Positions 51,901 through 53,020 of a stretch of 53,020 nucleotides of DNA are shown piece by piece. Both the position numbers and the translations under genes were made by a program. The stretch lies in contig NC_057756.1 in NCBI RefSeq assembly GCF_004010195.1, positions 7,670,473 through 7,723,492 on the forward strand. Reading direction: 5' to 3'. The notes beneath the pieces were generated by a model that ran no database searches, was not told the origin of the DNA, and was given only the letters and a program-made list of their open reading frames with translations. Numbering within the stretch: the stretch's first letter is position 1; each line of letters opens with the position of its first letter. Source of the DNA: Chiloscyllium plagiosum (taxonomy: Eukaryota).

Positions 51901-52514
51901 ATTGCATAAACCATGACAGCAGAGTGCTAGGGTTGGTCTGGTCATCGGACTGCCACACTCCCTCAGCGCTGACCCGACGGTGCAATGGACCCTCAGAGCT
52001 GACCCTCTGACAGTGCGGCGCCCCCTCAGCGCGAGCCTCCGGCTGTGTGGCACGCCCTCAGCATTGACCCTCCGACAGTGCGGTGACAGGTTTTGCAAGG
52101 AAACACGGCCCAGCCTGATACACAGATCCATGTGGGCGGTGAAGTACCTGGTCTTGCTCTCTCAACTCCATCCTGCTTCCTCAACTGAGGCACACCAATC
52201 TTGATAAACCCCAGGAGACAGTTTGTGGGCAGCACCCCATCCCGAGGACCGTGCACAGAATGGCAGGGGAGAGCGGGGGCAGATACAGGTCTTTGACTAA
52301 GGACAGGATGTGATGCTTCTCCCGGTCAAATTGCCAGCTCCCTGGAGTGTCCTTTCAGACCAGACCCCCCAGCTCCTTCACATGATCCAGGCAGACGGTG
52401 TTCATCCTCCCTGCCTCCTCCTTACTTGTTCAGGCTCCAGCTTCCAGTGGTGAGAAGGCCTCGGAGTCTCGACTCCTGTTCCTCGTTCAGAAATGGGATG
52501 CCCTCCCTGAAAAA
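27604..52514 (-). CDS. PNLDC1: PNLDC1 (PARN-like domain-containing 1, piRNA trimmer); 14 coding exons, 5' exons lie beyond the window
   Basis: Exons join in frame with AG acceptors and GT donors (one GC): FFREGIPFLNEEQE...GLQIFEVQLVLRRAL...LGFTRVFRELIRSQKPLIGHNMLLDLMYLHDKFYRPLPESFVEFK...PHEAAFDAFICG...LSGPDPQAERPPILLV...YRYWSHS...LVFFLGRPA*. Colinear with recalled vertebrate PNLDC1; the C-terminal hydrophobic anchor distinguishes it from PARN. Confidence 0.93.
27716..28010. repeat. 33-bp tandem repeat (gagggagcgccgcactgtcggagggtcagtgct)n
   Basis: About 8 near-identical units. Confidence 0.95.
28113..28318. mobile_element. Palindromic Penelope-derived short element with hammerhead motif
   Basis: Near-perfect inverted arms ~28147-28227 and 28237-28318; 15-bp TSD ctgctgttactacaa (28098-28112, 28317-28331). 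Confidence 0.85.
28228..28258 (+). ncRNA. Minimal hammerhead core
   Basis: CUGAAGA A GGGC-uuau-GCCC GAAA CG UC; stem I 5' arm truncated by the inversion. Confidence 0.55.
28473..28571 (-). CDS. PNLDC1: PNLDC1 penultimate exon (99 nt with GC donor): ARKILRTYRSHPVFQVEPYRYWSHSGTVTSTF
   Basis: tttcag acceptor; YRYWxHS motif; AG|gcaggt donor keeps the homologous frame (a GT donor 4 nt further would end the exon at 28469). Confidence 0.85.
28720..28817 (+). mobile_element. Penelope-type terminal repeat fragment
   Basis: ctgatgaagggcttatgcccgaaac...gatgctgcct.acctgctgtgcttttccagc. Confidence 0.75.
28830..29710. repeat. Degenerate ~38-40 bp tandem repeat (gagggagtctctctctctgtcagggac.ctgtttaaa)
   Basis: More than 20 recognisable units. 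Confidence 0.85.
29765..29940 (-). CDS. PNLDC1: PNLDC1 exon (176 nt): SLSGPDPQAERPPILLVKV...LLATNEWK
   Basis: ttccag acceptor, GG|gtgagt donor; SGPDxxxxRPPIL motif and RRM-like region. Confidence 0.92.
30510..31653 (+). mobile_element. Second, shorter copy of the Penelope-like element with inverted arms
   Basis: Open GIY-YIG C-terminus EHFS...LIAKFSTHREGLNRDLGFMSQYR* (30881-31054); arms ~30545-30838 and 31357-31653; TSD about gttttttcc. Confidence 0.88.
31564..31598 (+). ncRNA. Intact minimal type I hammerhead ribozyme motif
   Basis: CAC CUGAUGA A GGAGC-guc-GCUCC GAAA GC UA GUG. Confidence 0.75.
31980..32725. repeat. ~70-bp tandem repeat (cccatcaaacactcccaggacagggacagcacggggttagatacagagtaaagctccctctacactgt)
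   Basis: About 9 units; an isolated unit near 47305-47365. Confidence 0.9.
33450..35315 (-). mobile_element. CR1 LINE ORF2 3' part with a nested SINE
   Basis: VVYLDFQKAFDDVPHKRL, VPKDWR...GNYRP, GVQRRFTRLIPGMAGL. Confidence 0.9.
33575..33856 (+). mobile_element. HE1-type SINE, near full length
   Basis: tRNA-like head through ggccgaaggccctgtttcca tail. Confidence 0.88.
35322..35720. mobile_element. Minimal palindromic Penelope-derived element (35322-35545) plus a further arm fragment
   Basis: Arms tgatgtggaggagccagtgttggac.../...gtccaacaccggctccttcacctca; same family as 22538-24184. Confidence 0.8.
35411..35445 (-). ncRNA. Minimal hammerhead core, sense to the PNLDC1 pre-mRNA
   Basis: Reverse complement CUGAUGA A GGAGC-guc-GCUCU GAAA GC UA GUG. 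Confidence 0.55.
35725..36060 (-). mobile_element. Rex1/Babar-like LINE 3' fragment
   Basis: RCLGKAAKIIKDPSQPG followed by frameshifted LPSGRRYKS. Confidence 0.6.
36161..36260 (-). CDS. PNLDC1: PNLDC1 exon (100 nt): LFDPRTPRIGEYLDLLKPYENNVNMIRARVSFT
   Basis: ctctag acceptor, ACG|gtgagt donor; YLDxLxPYxNxVNxIRA motif. Confidence 0.92.
36520..36722 (+). mobile_element. CR1 fragment
   Basis: YLRKDMLVLEEVHRRLTRMTPGL...RRIRGDLTET. Confidence 0.75.
36893..36935 (-). CDS. PNLDC1: PNLDC1 exon (43 nt): VLLQLAQLLLTHQS
   Basis: tttacag acceptor, AG|gtaggt donor; phase 1/2 fits; matches VLLKVAHLLL. Confidence 0.85.
37395..38320 (-). mobile_element. CR1 3' fragment
   Basis: SSVPQGLVLGPL, KFVDD motifs and CR1 3' UTR. 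Confidence 0.85.
38679..39950. mobile_element. Young Penelope-like element with inverted ends; interior lost in a 954-N gap
   Basis: Opposed arms 38720-38806 and 39871-39950, each with a hammerhead core; 14-bp TSD cacactgaagggag (38665-38678, 39947-39960). Confidence 0.85.
38771..38806 (-). ncRNA. Minimal hammerhead motif, sense to the PNLDC1 pre-mRNA
   Basis: Reverse complement AUUC CUGAAGA A GGGC-ucau-GCCC GAAA CG UC GAUU. Confidence 0.65.
40103..40156 (-). CDS. PNLDC1: PNLDC1 exon (54 nt): QSDYPHEAAFDAFICGT, ExoIII catalytic His and Asp
   Basis: ttacag acceptor, G|gttagc donor; HEAxxDA motif. Confidence 0.95.
40260..40890 (-). mobile_element. CR1 ORF2 3' fragment
   Basis: VDRVMKKAFGILAF...LVRSLLEY. 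Confidence 0.85.
40891..41725 (+). mobile_element. CR1 ORF2 3' end, relatively young
   Basis: 205-aa ORF 41027-41644 LERVQKR...LRGDLIE...RGHRF...VWNELP. Confidence 0.92.
41740..42720 (-). mobile_element. Old CR1 fragment with a nested HE1-type SINE (42138-42445, -)
   Basis: SINE body gacctgcacatctttggactgtgggaggaaacc...ggaatcgaacctggg; degenerate CR1 flanks. Confidence 0.7.
43030..43175 (+). mobile_element. Penelope-type terminal repeat with hammerhead core at 43046-43081
   Basis: AUUC CUGAUGA A GGGU-uuuu-GCCC GAAA CG UC GAUU. Confidence 0.75.
43391..43455 (-). CDS. PNLDC1: PNLDC1 exon (65 nt): RLIDLAQHGPTLNHAAVCQRY
   Basis: gtttag acceptor, T|gtgagt donor; GPxxxHAxxCxxY pattern. Confidence 0.85.
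43818..44070. repeat. ~37-38 bp tandem repeat (cctccctatctctgtaaccccctccagcccctaca)
   Basis: At least 5 units spanning a small gap. Confidence 0.9.
44343..44398 (-). CDS. PNLDC1: PNLDC1 exon (56 nt): EFLSLRIPNLFALHAALE
   Basis: tttacag acceptor, AG|gtaaat donor; phase 0/2 fits; weaker sequence similarity. Confidence 0.8.
44690..45740 (-). mobile_element. CR1 5' region: ORF1 esterase-like C-terminus and ORF2 endonuclease N-terminus
   Basis: YLNAYGIRNKVNEL, WVELRN..YRPPNS..IMGDFN; IRDKIVRG...KVVISG (SGNH-type ORF1). Confidence 0.85.
45830..46385. repeat. Compound CT-rich tandem repeat, higher-order unit about 188 bp
   Basis: gaggtcgctctctccctccctcccacactcctatatctaggaagg recurs near 45840, 46028 and 46217. 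Confidence 0.9.
46410..46495 (-). CDS. PNLDC1: PNLDC1 exon (86 nt): ESFVEFKTSTHKLFPSVFDTKHISKRTRQ
   Basis: tttcag acceptor, CAG|gtaagg donor; FPxxxDTK motif. Confidence 0.93.
46788..46857 (-). CDS. PNLDC1: PNLDC1 exon (70 nt): PLIGHNMLLDLMYLHDKFYRPLP, containing an ExoII catalytic Asp
   Basis: ccacag acceptor, G|gtactg donor; hallmark GHNxxxD motif of PARN-family DEDDh nucleases. Confidence 0.95.
47365..48055 (-). mobile_element. CR1 3' end with an internal ~209-bp tandem duplication
   Basis: 47517-47724 repeated almost identically at 47725-47932. Confidence 0.85.
48085..48375 (+). mobile_element. Penelope-type fragment with a deleted hammerhead stem II
   Basis: cctgatgaagggctgaaacatcgattt...ttccagcatctgcggtcctcact; left limit uncertain. 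Confidence 0.6.
48547..48684 (-). CDS. PNLDC1: PNLDC1 exon (138 nt): IVVHRITYSRR...LGFTRVFRELIRSQK
   Basis: ccccag acceptor, AAG|gtatat donor; GFxxVF motif preceding the GHN motif. Confidence 0.9.
48690..49215. repeat. GA-rich low-complexity and microsatellite tract
   Basis: (ga)n and (gaca)n runs. Confidence 0.9.
49529..49608 (-). CDS. PNLDC1: PNLDC1 exon (80 nt): GLQIFEVQLVLRRALANIWTEVNDQNE
   Basis: tacag acceptor, GAG|gtaaaa donor; matches FEVQLVLRQALPNIWT of PNLDC1. Confidence 0.9.
49655..49925. repeat. 33-bp tandem repeat (opposite orientation to 27716-28010)
   Basis: (cagcactgaccctccgacagtgcggcgctccct)n; a shorter array lies at ~51950-52085. Confidence 0.92.
50068..51306 (+). mobile_element. 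CR1 RT and 3' end
   Basis: LTNLTEFFE...VVYLAFRKVFDKVPH, SVPHGLVLGPLLFVIFLNDLD, KLADDMK. Confidence 0.92.
51312..51412 (-). CDS. PNLDC1: PNLDC1 exon (101 nt): SILKDLLKVMITDVSEWVVHAQEGDSLTLPSVP
   Basis: ttgcag acceptor, G|gtaaga donor; phase 2/1 fits neighbouring exons. Confidence 0.88.
51667..51847 (-). mobile_element. HE1-type SINE 3' part
   Basis: (attag)n tail, ttacttacagtgtggaaacaggccctt. Confidence 0.85.
52426..52514 (-). CDS. PNLDC1: PNLDC1 exon (89 nt): FFREGIPFLNEEQESRLRGLLTTGSWSLN
   Basis: ttcag acceptor, AA|gtaagg donor; matches the GIPYMNEEQE motif of the PARN/PNLDC1 family. Confidence 0.9.
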
Positions 52515-53020
52515 CTGAATTTGGGGGGGCGGGGGAATAAGAAAAAAGAGCCAAGTCAGGATCATGGCTGCCCCTCGCTTTCACCCAAGAAACAGCCCCC
52601 CTTCGCCGGAGAAGATTACACCTGACTGCGTTCTCAGTGCAGACAATGGTCCCACAGCCCCCGGCCCCAGCAGCAAACTCAACGCCGGTCACGCTCCCAG
52701 GCCCTGGGGCTTTCCCGGCCTCCTCGTCCCAGGCACTGCTCTCATGGTCCCCCACTCTTGGGCAATGGGCCCACTGGGGCCTACTCCAACAGCCATGCCC
52801 CACTCCTCCCTGTCTCACATGACATGGGTTAGGCCTCAATTGAGAACAACAGCCCCACAGGCTCCCCAGCAACGGCATCTGGCAAGCCTTACACTGCCCA
52901 CCACACTCACCCCGGGGCAGAGCCCCATGGCTCGCCCCCTCGATAGCGGCAGAGATCCAAGGGCCCACCCCACCATGACCCCAGGGCCCTGCTTCGGCCA
53001 CAGCAGCAGAGCCCCATGGC

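Noticed and set aside
52402-53001. 199-aa GC-rich minus-strand ORF
   Set aside because: No recognisable domain; overlaps the true PNLDC1 exon in a different frame; no further upstream PNLDC1 exon found in it.

Overview
Vertebrate genomic DNA, most likely an elasmobranch (shark); this is inferred from HE1-type tRNA-derived SINEs, abundant CR1-clade LINE fragments and characteristic tandem repeats. An exactly 500-N gap (27022-27521), probably a scaffolding join, divides the window. Left: AT-rich, repeat-filled intergenic DNA (CR1, Tx1-like and Gypsy relics, SINEs, Penelope-like elements), ending in the leader and V-set Ig exons of a Siglec-like gene (+; 25366-25411, 25800-26180) whose remaining exons are not visible. 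Right: the last 14 coding exons of PNLDC1 (PARN-family DEDDh piRNA 3' trimmer, - strand, 52514 down to 27604), reconstructed by hand with consistent splice phases, ending in a C-terminal membrane anchor and a polyA signal. Most notable: (1) at least three families of palindromic Penelope-derived elements with 9-15 bp target-site duplications carry minimal hammerhead ribozyme cores; (2) the PNLDC1 tail anchor is encoded only if a non-canonical GC donor is used 4 nt upstream of a canonical GT donor; (3) the Siglec-like V domain has an unusual cysteine pattern. Protein homologies are from recalled family sequences, not from a search, and repeat boundaries are approximate.
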